DNA of 64,000 nt, taken from NCBI RefSeq assembly GCF_006345805.1, contig NC_043003.1, positions 34,162,001-34,226,000 of the forward strand, read 5' to 3'. Made by a program: the position numbers and the translations under genes. Source of the stretch: Octopus sinensis. Lineage: Eukaryota. Within the stretch, counting starts at the first letter, position 1. Every line of letters starts with the position of its first letter. The notes beneath the pieces were generated by a model, which had not been told where the DNA came from, searched no databases, and saw only the letters and a program-made list of their open reading frames with translations. Of the stretch, positions 42,662 through 56,240 are shown piece after piece.

Positions 42662-43710
42662 GCGCCAGTGATATCAAGGAGGTGACAGCAATGTCGACAG
42701 CGATGATGGGTGACGATGGGCGATGGCAATGATGACGACGGCGATGATGATAATGATGGTGGCAGTAGTGGTGGTGGAGGTTGTGGTGGTGGTGGTGGTG
42801 GTGATATTGATGCAGTGAATGCAAGTAATGGCATCTAGCAGCCGTCCTGGTAATGTTAGATGTGCAGCTGATGGCACCGGTGGTAATGAGTATGGTTGCA
42901 GTTGCAACCTTCTCTTTCCCTTTACTACCAGTGAACCGCAATCCCCACGCAAGCCCCGCGTCAACATTAACATCAATATCCCCCATCATGATGATTACCA
43001 CAATCCTCATCATCATCATCATCATCATCATTATCAGTATCAACATTGTCATCGTCATCAGCAGCGCCATCATAATCATCATCATCGGTGTCGTCGTCGT
43101 CGTCGTCATCATCATCATGATCACCGTCGTCGCCATCATCATTATCATCATCAACGTCATCACCATCATCATCGGTGTCTTCGCCGCCGTCGTCATCATC
43201 ATCATCAACAGCAGCATCAACATTGTCGCCATCATCATCATCATCATCATCATCATCGTCGTCGTCGTCATATTACTACTCCTCTACTCCTCCTCCTCCT
43301 CCTCCTCCTCCTACTCACCATCATCATCATCATCATCATCAACAACAACAACAACATCAACAGCAAAAACAACATCAAAAACAAGAGCAACAAAAACAAC
43401 AACATCATCATCATCATCATCATCATCGTCATTGTTATTGCTATTCTCCCTCGGATGGCTACAGCGTTAAGATCAACAGAAACGGTATTAAAGAAAAACA
43501 ACATAGACTTTTGAAAAAAAAAGTAGGTGTGTAGGTGGGAGGATATCATGTTATTAAACAACAATAAAAATAAGAATAACAACAACAACAACAAGAACAA
43601 CAGGAAGAAAGATCGTCTCCTGAACCCCCCCCCACCACCACCACCACTACCACCACCACGACTACCACCACGGCTACTGCTACTATCATCATCGTCAACA
43701 TCATTATCAA
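42575..43710. repeat. (GAT)n/(GGT)n then (CAT)n/(CGT)n/(CAA)n field
   Basis: Read directly; source of the 278, 231 and 205 aa low-complexity ORFs. Confidence 0.93.
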
Positions 43711-44736
43711 TATTCAGATAACTAGTGAAACAGAAACACTGAAACAGAATATAAATATACACACGCATATATACATATGTAAACATACACATATATGAAT
43801 ATGTAAATATTCACATGTGTGCATATATATAACGTACATACAATATTACATACATACGTACATACGTATATATATACATGCATAATTTCATACAAACATA
43901 CATATAGACAGACAGACATAATTTCGTGCATACAATCATACATACATACATATATAATTTTAGTGCATACATAATGTAGCATAATATACACATGTATGAA
44001 TTAGAATTTGAGATTAAAAAAAAAAAGGCGTCATCCTAGCCATAAACAGCAACAACTGCAACAAGAACCAGTCAACCAATCTCCTACAGACATTACAACC
44101 ACCACCAACCCCTACAGAAAACAACAACAACAGTACCACCACCACCACCACCACTACCACCGATAGAGCAACCATACTGTCACTTCCGCAAAAACCAGCA
44201 ACGTCTATTGCAACAACAGCATCAAAACTCTAGCACAGACACCACCAGAAGCATCAAAAGGACAACAGCATACAAACACTCACATATCATATTCACACAC
44301 ACGCACACATATATATATATATACATACGTGCATACATATGTATATTTGTATTTGGATTTAGAATTTAAAATATACATATATGTTATGTATATATATATA
44401 CTCGTAGATATATATATTCGAGCATACTTACAAACACACACACACACACACATATATATATTATATATATATATAATATATATATATATCTATATATATA
44501 TATATCTATATATATATATATACACATATGTATGTATTTATACGCTAACACCCACATAAGGACGTATATGTATATATATATATATACTTACATACATATC
44601 TATACACACATACATTTATATATATATATATATATATCTATATATATATACACATATGTATGTATTTATACGCTAACACCCACATAAAGACGTATATATA
44701 TATATATATACATACATACATAATACATACATACAT

Positions 44737-44794
<58 letters not shown>

Positions 44795-45189
44795 CACACA
44801 CAAACACACAGGCACGCACACATGCACACATTCGAACACAAACACTCACACACACACATACACACACATACACACACACACAATACACACACACACACAC
44901 ACACACACAATACTCAAACACAATACACACACACACACAATACACATACTGACACACACACTGTTGCAGCAAATACAGAATTACAGAATTCCTGATGATA
45001 CTCTTATGATGAGTAATTATCTCGTATTCTGGCATCGGCGAGCAACAGAAAATAGTTGAGTCAGTTTTGGTAAACAGGAGGAGAAAACTCTTTATTCTTC
45101 TTTATGGCTGTTTTTCAAAAACTTTGTCTTATTTCATATGTCATCCTTCCTTTCTTTCTTTTACTTTTTAATTTTCCTTGTTCTCTACA

Positions 45190-45213
45190 GATATACATAC
45201 ATACATACATACA

Positions 45214-45249
<36 letters not shown>

Positions 45250-45314
45250 TATATATTGTTTGATTCTTAAATGTTGTTATTATTATTATTTCATCATTAT
45301 TATTATTATTATTG

Positions 45315-45376
<62 letters not shown>

Positions 45377-45398
45377 GTTGTTGTTGTTGTTGTTGTTG

Positions 45399-45449
<51 letters not shown>

Positions 45450-45932
45450 TATTATTTTCTTTTTTAGCATATTTTATAGCTTGATTTATTTTAGAGCTTT
45501 GCATGTTGAGTAGTGGTGGACTGAGGAGGGGGGGCGGCGTTGTTTAAAATCATCATCATCATCATCAGCATCATCTTCATCATCACCATTACCATCATCA
45601 TCATCATCATCATCAGCAGCAGCATTATTGTTTTTATGATCATTATTCTTGTTATTATTGATGAGAGATTTGGGAAGAGGAATAGGAAAGGAAGAGAGAG
45701 AGAGAGAGAGAGAGACTCAAAGAAGAGTAACTGCATGTGTTTTTTTTCTCTTTTTTTTTCTCATTTTCGTTTTTTTTAATTTTTATTATTATCCTTGTAT
45801 TTGTTTATTTATTTATAATTTTATTTCTAAATTACTATATCTATCGGTTTTGTTATTGCTACTTTTGCCGTTTTCTGTTGTTGTCTTTGTTTGTGTTATT
45901 ATCAACAACAACACCACAAACAATAGCGACAA

Positions 45933-45996
<64 letters not shown>

Positions 45997-46307
45997 TTCA
46001 TCCTTTTTATTCCACATTGACATCACAATCATTCGTCATTCTTACTTATTTTGTTTGGAGGGGAAGGGTGGAAGGGTGTGTGTGAGGGGGGAGGGGGTAA
46101 TTTCTGTTGCTACTGTTTGTCACTGTTGTTCAGTTGTTGTTGTTGTTGTTCATGATGATGATGACGACGAGGACGAGGACGACGAAGAGGAAGAGGAAGA
46201 GGAGGTAACAAGAGGAGGCGAGTAAGAGTGAGTGGACAGAACGCTGATGATGATGATGATGATGATCATGATGACGACGACGACCACGACGACGACGACA
46301 ATGATGG

Positions 46308-46339
<32 letters not shown>

Positions 46340-46579
46340 ATAATGATGAATTCTTTAAAGATGATGATAGTAATGAAGAGTGCGGTGCCAGTGGCGGCGG
46401 TAGTGGTAGCGATGGCGATTTCGGTAGAGGTGGTGGTGGTGGTGGTGGTGGTGATGGTAGTGGTGGTGGTGATGGTCGTCATGATGATCATGATGATCAT
46501 GATGATCATGATCATGATTAAGACGACGACGACGGTGATGAGGATGATAATGAGGGTAATGAGGAGGAGGAGGAGAGGG

Positions 46580-46611
<32 letters not shown>

Positions 46612-46680
46612 AAGACAACAACGACGACGACATGACGACGTTGTTGTTATTGTTGGTGATTTCGGCGGTGGCAAGGAAAA
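45190..46680. repeat. (ATAC)n, (ATT)n, (CAT)n, (GAT)n/(GAC)n field
   Basis: Read directly. Confidence 0.93.
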
Positions 46681-47399
46681 CGATGACGACGGCGACGACG
46701 GGCGGGCGGGCGGGCGGGAGAACGGGGGGTGGAGGCGGGAGAGTGCGGGTGGGGGTGGGTGCGTCGAAGAGATAGGCCGATGATGATTGGTTCTAGTGTT
46801 TATTACTTTTTACCGCGCCATGTTTATTCATTTTCTGTATCAGTGGAACAGTGTGTCGACCGGGTGGTAAAAAAAGAGCGGGAAGTCGGTGGAGAAGAAG
46901 GCGGGTGCTCGGTTGTTTACTTGTTTGTCCGTTTGTCTTTCTGCCTTACCAGTTTGTTGTTATTTTGTCATCGTTGCCGTTGTTGTTGTTATTGTTGTTA
47001 TTGTTATTGGCAGTGTTGCTGCTGTTGTTGTTGTTGTTATTGGTATTAGTATTTATCGGGATTACGTTTGTTTTTCTTTCCTCGCTTGCAGTTTTATATT
47101 GTCTCCTTTCCACTTTGTTTTTTGTTTTTGTTGTTGTTGTTGTTGTTTCAATGCCTTGTTGCTCTAAATTATACTGATGGTAATGTCTTTGTTACTGTAG
47201 TTGTAGGTTTTTTAATACTTTTTTCTTAGTGGGTGTTGCTATTGTATTTAACATATTTTCCTTCTTACATTTTTGTAATCATATATTTTCGTTTGTTTTT
47301 AATATTGTTGTTCTTCTTCCTATTTATGTTGCTGTAGTTGTTGCTACTTCCATTTCTACTACTACTGGCGTCATACGTTACACTATTTCAGACCAGAAG

Positions 47400-47446
47400 A
47401 TATCATACATACATACATACATATATATATATATATAGTATTATAT

Positions 47447-47477
<31 letters not shown>

Positions 47478-47492
47478 AATATATTATATATA

Positions 47493-47585
<93 letters not shown>

Positions 47586-48009
47586 TTATATGTTTAGTTA
47601 TGTATAGATGTATGCATTTAGAGATTTTGTGAGCATGTATAAATGTATATAATTATAGACACATATACAGCTATCTACGTATGTATGCATGCGTAATTTT
47701 ATAATTATACATACACACATGAGTATCTGCACATGTAATTATACATGTATGCACGTATTTATATGTGTCTATACACGCACACATATGCATACAGACTCTC
47801 TGCAAGAGTGTTTATGCGAATGGATGTAAATGTGCATGCGTGTATTTGTCTGTATGTATGCACATGCACGCGACTATGTTTCCGGAAAGACACAGGTAAT
47901 TACATACGTAATTCCCCATTCATATATGTATGTATAGACGGATACGTGGATTGTATGTTTAAATGAATTCTGTTGCATACATGCCATATGTTTGTATGTA
48001 CCTACTTAC

Positions 48010-48040
<31 letters not shown>

Positions 48041-48451
48041 TGTATGTATGTATGTATGTATGTATGTATGTATGTATGAATGTATGTATGTACGTATGTA
48101 TGTATTTATGTATGTATGAATGTATGTATGTATGTATGTATGTATGTATGTATACATGCATGTATGTAAGTATGTATGTGTATATGTATGTATGTGTGTA
48201 TGTGTGTATGTGTGTGTGTATGTATGCATGCATGTATGTATGTATGTATGTATGGATGCATGTATGTATGTATGTGTGTATGTATGCATGCATGCATGTA
48301 TATATGTGGATAAATCTATGAATGTATGAACGTATGCATGAATGTATGAATGTACGTATGTATGCATAAATGTATGTAAGTATGTATGTGTGTGTGTTTG
48401 TCTGTGTGTGTTTGTGTGTGTGTGTGTGTGTGTTTGTTTGTGTGTGTTTGT

Positions 48452-48526
<75 letters not shown>

Positions 48527-49046
48527 TATTGTAGATTATCATCGCCTCTACATTTCCTGTGTACTTATGTTGTGTGCATAGAAGGACAGAAAAAGCCGGT
48601 TAGGTTAAGAGATAGAAAGGGAGATAGATATGGAGGGAGATTAGGATAGATAAAGACAAACAAGAATAGAATTAGATCGTTATAGAAGATAATGATTAAA
48701 ACAGATCGTAAGATAGCAGAGATCGATAAGAAAAGAGTCAGACAGATAGGCAAGAATTAAAATATGCAGAGACAGACATATACACATGTGTGCGTGCATG
48801 TGTGTGCGAGTGTGTGCGCGAGTGTGTGACTGTGTGTATTGATAGATAGATTGATAGAAAGATAGATAGAAAGATAGATAGATAGACAGACAGGTTGTTG
48901 GGCGGACAGACAGAGGGGTGGATGGATGGATGGATGGATGTATGGATAAACAAACAGATGTGCAGGTAGCTAGCTAACTAGGGAAATAGATAGACGGTGA
49001 GACAGACAGACTGACAAATAGATAGATAGATAGATAGACAGAACGC

Positions 49047-49105
<59 letters not shown>

Positions 49106-49215
49106 GTGTTCGGGCGGAGAGGCAGAGAGATGGATGGATGGAAAGATGGATGGATGGATAAACAGACAGATATGCAGGTAGCTAGCGAAATAGGGAAAGA
49201 GATAGACAGAGAAAC

Positions 49216-49272
<57 letters not shown>

Positions 49273-49290
49273 TTGGCAGGTAGGCAGACA
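47400..49290. repeat. (AT)n, (TATG)n, (GT)n, (GATA)n, (GGAT)n field with a diverged ~212-bp duplication
   Basis: GGCGGA...GCAGGTAGCTAGC block at 48901 and 49113. Confidence 0.92.
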
Positions 49291-50324
49291 GACAGGCGGG
49301 CATGTAGGTGGCTAAATATGGTGCAATTCCATGCATCTTCTCGCCCCGTGATTGTTCTTAATTTTTTCTTCGTCATTTTCGTCTTGTATATGGTAGGTGG
49401 CATTGCGTTGTAATTGGCTGAGTATTTCGTAGTAGCATTGTTTTTATTGTTGTCTTGCCCCCAGACCAGCTCTGACGGGGTAGATCTATTATTAATGATG
49501 TTTTGAGCCTTCATCATCCTGTCTTTTTCCTTTATCTTTCCATTTTATTCCAGTTTATAAATATATATTTGTATTTTTATTTATTTCAGATTAAAACTTT
49601 CATTTGTAACTTTTGAACTATATGGCTGAGGGAAAATTCGTTGAGAGGGGAGTGAGGTGTGCATACGAAGTACAAACAAGATATGGTCTCACATATGAAT
49701 GTGAAGTGAACTGAGGTTTAAAATCTTCAACCACTTGAGATTATCCAGTATGCAAACTCACTGTAAATGTTTAAAATCGGAAACAACAAGCAAGAAACAT
49801 AACTTCGAAAGTTCACCCAAGTGTAAGTTAGGGATAACATCTAAACATGTTAATATCACTGTGGATCTTGCTTTTAAGGCCGCCTAGTTAGAATATAGGA
49901 AATATTGCGAAAATTATATCTGATACTTTCACCATTTAGCTTTAAAGATAACAGGGTTAACTTATTGGAAGTTGTCTCCCTTGATCATTGCTTTTAGAAT
50001 TTCGACCTTCTTCGTGGGTGTTCTTTTTGTTTTTCTTTTAACTAATCGCATTAAAACCTCTCTTTATTGAAGTTTTTGAAATCGCTTGGTTGATTGTTTG
50101 GCACGTTGTTTGGGTGGCTCGTTGGCTTGTTGGACAGTTGATTGGTTAGTTGGTTGGTTGACTGGTGGTTTTGATAAATTGTGCCAGCGGGCGGTGGTAC
50201 TAGGTGTTTGAATGATCGTGGTGGTGCTGATTAGAAGTAAGAAGAGAAGATAGAGCAGCTTGATGATGATGATGAGGATGATGATGATGACGATGAGGAG
50301 GAGGAGGAGGATAATGATGATGAC

Positions 50325-50374
<50 letters not shown>

Positions 50375-51757
50375 CGATGATGATAACGATGACCTCTGTA
50401 TTAGCAATCGGTTGTCGTAGTCGTGGTAGTGGTGGTGCTAATGGTAATGCAGGAAATTCATCATTGTTGTTTGGTTTATATATGTGTGGGTGCTTGGTGG
50501 GGTTGTAGCTGTGCTCCAGTATGTCACACCCTTTAAGCTGGGACGCATAAACGGATAAAGATACTGCAGAGATAACAGCATATTGGTTAGTTTAGTTTGC
50601 AGTGATCACGATCCTGGTTTTTATGGGTGCTACGGGCGGCAATGATACTGGTTGTGGTAGGGAAGCAGATTTCGGTGGTGACGGCGGTGTTGTTTGCACT
50701 AATAGTGATATTGGTGATGGTAGTAATAATGGGACTAATTGGGCGGTGTGTGGGGGGTACATAGAAAAATCTGTGGTAGTAATAGTTGTGTCATGGACAG
50801 GGATGGTAATAATAATAGGGTCACAGAGGTGAAACAAAAGCAGAGAAATCAATAGTGTACCTATAAACTTGGCTACTGTTGTTTTTGTTGTTGATTAGAC
50901 GGGTGTGGGGGATAATAAATGTCATGCAATTTGAATGATGTATGGATAGATTAAGTATACCAGAGTATGTGATTTATGATAGTAGACCCTTGAATCCGGG
51001 GACCAAATTCTGCCGTTTGAAATGTTCGCATTGTATTTTTAATTTAATATAGTGATGTTGCACCATTCGGTTCTACTTCTCGTGGCTTTGTCTTTGTTAA
51101 AAAGGAAACTTTTATTATAACCCTCATAACGATATTTATGATCATCATGATCAATATCATTACCATTGTGTCTCGTATTGAGACCATGACCGGGTTTCAC
51201 TTGCCGGTAAAAATAATAAATAAGTAAATACATAAAATGACAATTTGTCTAACTAATTGGCGCCCATGGGAACTGGAAAGCAAAAAAAAAAAAAAAACAG
51301 AAAAATATACTGGCGCCCTTAGGAAATGTAAGAACGTGGAAAAGAAACCGTTTACCCTCTCTTACCTAGTTTAGGTTTTATGTCTATATTAAGAATCAGC
51401 CGTCTTTTGTAGTATTTGTTGGTGTTGCTTTCACTATGGATGACTTTTGTTCTTTATTGGTTTCGTGCACCCCTTTTAATCTTTTGAAATACATTTTCTT
51501 TTCTATCTTTTTTCTCACGATATACTGTAAGCCTTTGTATTCTTGTATTCGAAACCGAAACGTGACTTTTCACCTGCGATGATAAGAACTCATTTTTTTT
51601 TCTTATCGTAAATGAGCTTTATTATTATTTACAGTGTGTGGATCTTTGTGACCGTTGTTATTGTCATCAAACTCTTCCTTTCTTCCGCCTAACTCACTCT
51701 TTCTTTTACATTTATTTGTTGGCTCCCCACTATTCTCTCATGTGTACTAAATACAGA

Positions 51758-52413
51758 TTTCAAATTATGGCACAAAGCCAACAAGTTCGTGGGAGGGGAT
51801 ATATCGATTACATTAACCCCAGTGCTCAACTGGTACTTATTTTCTTTTCTATCCTAGGTACAAGGCCCGAAATTTCGGGGGAGGAGGCCAGTCGATTAAA
51901 TCGGCCCCGGTGCACAACTGGCACTTAATTTATCGACCCCGAAAGGATGAAAGGCAAAGTCGACCTCGGCGGAATTTGAACTCAGAACATAAAGACAGGC
52001 GAAATACCTATTTCTTTACTACCCAAAAGGGGCTAAACACAGAGGGGACAAACAAGGACAGACAAACGGATTAAGTCGATTATATCGACCCCAGTACGTA
52101 ACTGGTACTTATTTAATCGCCCCAAAAGGATGAAAGGCAAAGTCGAGATCGGTGGAATTTGAACTCAGAACGTAGCGGCAGACGAAATACCTATTTCTTT
52201 ACTACCCACAAGGGGCTAAACACAGAGAGGACAAACAAGGGATTCAGTCGATTACATCGACGCCAGTGCGTAACTGGTACTTAATTTATCGACCGCAAAA
52301 GGATGAAAGGCAAAGTCGACATCGGCTGAATTTGAACTCAGAACGTAGCGGCAGACGAAATACCGCTAAACATTTTGCCCGGCGTGCTAACGATTCTGCC
52401 AGCTCACCACCTT
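51758..52413 (-). mobile_element. SINE family A head-to-tail array (4 modules)
   Basis: One head at 52413. Modules 52191-52413 and 52008-52190 have tail i; 51848-52007 has tail ii; 51758-51847 is a tail-ii fragment. Confidence 0.9.
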
Positions 52414-52744
52414 AACGTAGACAGTATATGGTAAGCAGGTGACTGAAAGCGTTGCTGGTTTAGAGTGCAAACAACTCGCGGCCAAAACAAATGATTTCTT
52501 TGAACAGGTGAACCTCATAAGCTCCGAAAAAGACTCAACTTAGAATCTCATCTACACCAACAGCGTTCTGGTTGCATGAAGCTACTAGGATCATCTCGTA
52601 AAGATGATACGTTTAGTCTAGTTTGGTTTGGCGAAGAATACAGAAAGCCATAGGATACTGCTAAAGTCGTCCTTTTTCACTTCCTTGCATATATGCACTA
52701 CTAATGTTCTTAAGATGAAAAAAAAAAAAAAACCAGACTGCTAA

Positions 52745-52870
52745 TTCATTTTATCGATCTCGAAAGGATAAAAGAAAAGATGTTAACGGGATTAGAACTC
52801 AGAATGTAAAGAACCGGAGTGAAATAATAAGCGGAATTTTCCCCGACGTGTTAACGATCCTGCCAATGGG
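52745..52870 (-). mobile_element. Decayed SINE family A copy
   Basis: TTTATCGATCTCGAAAGGATAAAAG...AGAACTCAGAATGTAAAG...TAACGATCCTGCCA. Confidence 0.6.
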
Positions 52871-53419
52871 ATTCCGGCGTTTAATACTTTCTTGATGAAT
52901 AATGGAGCGATAGTAAGTGTGGGTAATTGTTGGAGATGGTGGTTGTGGTGGTGGTGATGGTGATGGTGATGGTGATGGTGGTGGGTGGGAATTGTTGTGG
53001 TGATGATGATGGAGTGGTATTAATAATGGTGGTGGTGGTGATGGCGTTAATTGTTGTTGGGGGATGTATGGTGGCGGTGGTGGTGGTCGTGGTGGTCGTG
53101 GTTATGTTAATTATTGTAGAGATGATGATAGTGACGATGGAAGTGGTAATTGTTGTATTGTTGTTGGTGGTGGCAATGGCAGTGATGTTGATTGTTGAGG
53201 TTATAGTACTGGTAGTAGAGTAATTGTGGTGGTAGTGGTGGTGATGTTGTTGACTGACGGTTCGGTACTGTTCCTAATTGGAGGGGTAATTCTGGTGTGT
53301 GTGTTTTTTTTATTGCAGTACATAATGTGGTGCTGGTGGTGGTGGTGGTGGTGGTGGTGGTTGTGGTGGTGGTAGAGATGTTGTTTGTGGTAGAAGCGGT
53401 TGTGATAAGGCACGCTTTC

Positions 53420-53433
53420 GTTCCCATGGAAAC
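53420..53433. promoter_or_regulatory. RFX X-box consensus match
   Basis: GTTCCCATGGAAAC matches GTTNCCATGGNAAC. Function not shown. Confidence 0.4.
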
Positions 53434-53759
53434 AATACGTTATATATTGATCACACAAAGAAATCATACAGAAGCAGACGTCAATTTTTGTAAGAAACAT
53501 CCCCCCAAAACCCTCCACCCACATACATACCACACAACACAAAACACAAGCAAAAAGTATATTGAAAAAAGAAAAACAATAAAAAAAACGTACGTTTGTA
53601 ATTTGCACTATTGTCTTTCAGTGCCTCAGTTTATAAGTATATATACACAGTACACAGGCACACTCATACACGTATATACACTACATTCATATACACATAT
53701 ACACATACACACATAATCTAAGGAGGGGAAACTACGTGTTTATACGACCTGCAAGAAAT

Positions 53760-53930
53760 AGCACCCAAATGGCCCTTAAATCACACCTCACCAACGTGTT
53801 AAAGAAGAAACCGTTCTAGATATATTGACCCTGAGTTTCCAGCAGGTAATAATAAAGACAAGATGGTCACGCATGGAATGTCATATAGTATAGGTTTGCT
53901 CGATTAGGGCTAACCTAGGGCTAAAAGGTA
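53760..53930 (-). mobile_element. Dispersed repeat family C (decayed)
   Basis: AAGATGGTCACGCATGGAATGTC...AGGTTTGCTCGATTAGGGCTAACCTAGGGCTAAA; matches 13441-13480. Confidence 0.5.
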
Positions 53931-54334
53931 ACTGCCATAGCTATATAAACGCATACACAAAATATAACACACACGTACATACATATAGAGAGTCGCATAC
54001 AGAAATATGACACACGCTTATACAATTTTATACACACTGGCATATACAGATAAATTATATAAGCACTCAGCTGTCTAACGCATAGATAGACATATATATA
54101 TACAGACGCGAGTACGCACACGCGCAGAGACACACTTGCGCTGACCTATGATCAATCACAAACTCGCACACACAGGACAAAACTATTTTTTAAAGCACAA
54201 ACGTACGCACATACAATAAGACGTAAATGCATACATGCAAAAGCACACGCACACGTGCACACACACCTTAACACATGGATGCACACGCACAAAAGCAACT
54301 GCGCGCGTAAATGCATACGCACAGACAATGCGTT

Positions 54335-54690
54335 TCACACACACACACGCACGCTCACACACGCACACATGCACATATGCATACACACACACACACACAC
54401 GCACACACACGCACACATGCACATATGCATAACACACACACACACGCACGCTCACACACGCACACATGCACATATGCATACACACACACACACACGCACA
54501 CATGCACATATGCATACACACACACACACGCACGCTCACACACGCACACATACACATATGCATACACACACACACACGCACGCTCACACACGCACGCTGA
54601 CACACGCACACATGCACATATGCATACACACACACACACACGCACGCTCACACACGCACACATACACATTCATACACACGCACACACGCA
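54335..54690. repeat. Minisatellite, ~45-nt unit built on a CA background
   Basis: Modules GCACGCTCACAC and CATGCACATATGCAT each recur about 6 times. Confidence 0.88.
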
Positions 54691-55214
54691 AACATTTACA
54701 CATGTGCATACGCCGACACATGCTTACATCAACAACCTCCTCGACGGACGGCGAGGCGACGAAAATATGTTTTCACTCCTTTTCATGTCTTTCACCCGTT
54801 TATTCGGTACAACAGTTACACAAAAAAGAAGGGAACGAGAATGAAACCGAATTATTGAATGAATGAATAAATAAATAAATAAATAAATAAATAAAATAAA
54901 TAAATAAATAAGTAAGTAAATAAATATATAAATATATCACAGGTCACACAGGTCAGATAAAAATCTTGATGATGGCGACACGATGAGAGAATTACAAGTA
55001 TTTGTAAAGAGAAAGAAAGAAAGAGACAGAGAGAGAGAAAGAGAGAGAGAGGGAGTGCGCACGTGAGTTTGGAGTACAACCAGGGTGCAGCATGTTTATG
55101 TTGTACATAAATGTCAGTGTATTTTCTATGCAAATGTTTTTGCATGTCTGCGTTTAGGTGTAATACACAATACACATACACACACACACACACACGAATA
55201 ACGGCCTCAGTCTG

Positions 55215-55251
<37 letters not shown>

Positions 55252-55682
55252 GATCCTATGAACCGTAAAAATTAATACTTCATTGACCGAGGTTACTGTG
55301 GTCTTTTCTGTAGGCTTTTCTTTCCACGGGTAAACCTCGCCTGTCCTCCCCTTTACACTTTATATTGACATTTCTGTGATAACGATCCCTATTGATCGAT
55401 TTTTTCTTTTCCTTTTATTTTTATCCCCCCCCCCTTTATTTTGCTTTTACGATCCCTTTTGATTCCTTTTGATCGAAAACCAAACCCCCTTTTTTATCCC
55501 GAAAAAGAAAAGCTCTACCTTGTAATTTGTCCCGTCTGTGTGCAGCCCTGTGTGGCTAATAAAGAAACATATCTACTATTTATCTATACATCTATCTATC
55601 TCCCTGTCTGTCTATCTCTCTGTCTGTCTGCCTATCTGTCTCTCTGTCTGCCTGTCTATCTGCCTGCCTGTTTGTTTGTCTG

Positions 55683-56067
55683 CGACCATGCTCGAGTACC
55701 GCCTTGAAGGAACCCTAGGACTAATTCCATAAGTCTAGTACTATTTCTATTGGACTCTTTTGCCGAACCGCTATGTTATGGGGGTGTAAGCACATCAACA
55801 CCGGTTGTTGATCGGTTATAGAGGAGGAACAAATACAAACACAAGGACACACACAGATATATACCTATTCATACATACACACATTTCATACGGTTCTGGG
55901 TGGTTCAGTCCCACTGCGGGGCACTTTGGGCATGTGTCTTCTGCTATAGCCTCGGGCCGACCAAAGCCTTATGAGTGGATTTGATAGACGGAAACTGAAA
56001 GAAGCCTGTCGTATATATATAAGTCTTTCCTTGTTTGTTTTGCAAAATAGTGGTTTTGTCTCTAATA

Positions 56068-56125
<58 letters not shown>

Positions 56126-56240
56126 GTGTGTATATGTACGTATGTATGTATGTATGTATGTATGTATGTGTGTGTCTGTATCCGTGCTTATGCCCCTTCA
56201 TCGCTTTGGCAACCGATGTTGTTGTGTTTACGTCCCTGTA
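55683..56240. mobile_element. Two SINE family B pieces in opposite orientation
   Basis: Minus-strand 3' half at ~55683-55860; plus-strand copy at ~55891-56240 with internal microsatellite. Confidence 0.7.

Noticed and set aside
50592-50852. P/T-rich minus-strand ORF as another exon
   Set aside because: Derived from a decayed GGT/GAT triplet tract; no clear donor-acceptor pair.
54335-54690. CRISPR-like array
   Set aside because: Eukaryotic context; inter-repeat sequence is CA repeat rather than unique spacers; no cas genes.
55683-56240. Twin-priming inversion of a single SINE-B
   Set aside because: The two opposite-strand pieces overlap in the family sequence, which fits two separate copies better.
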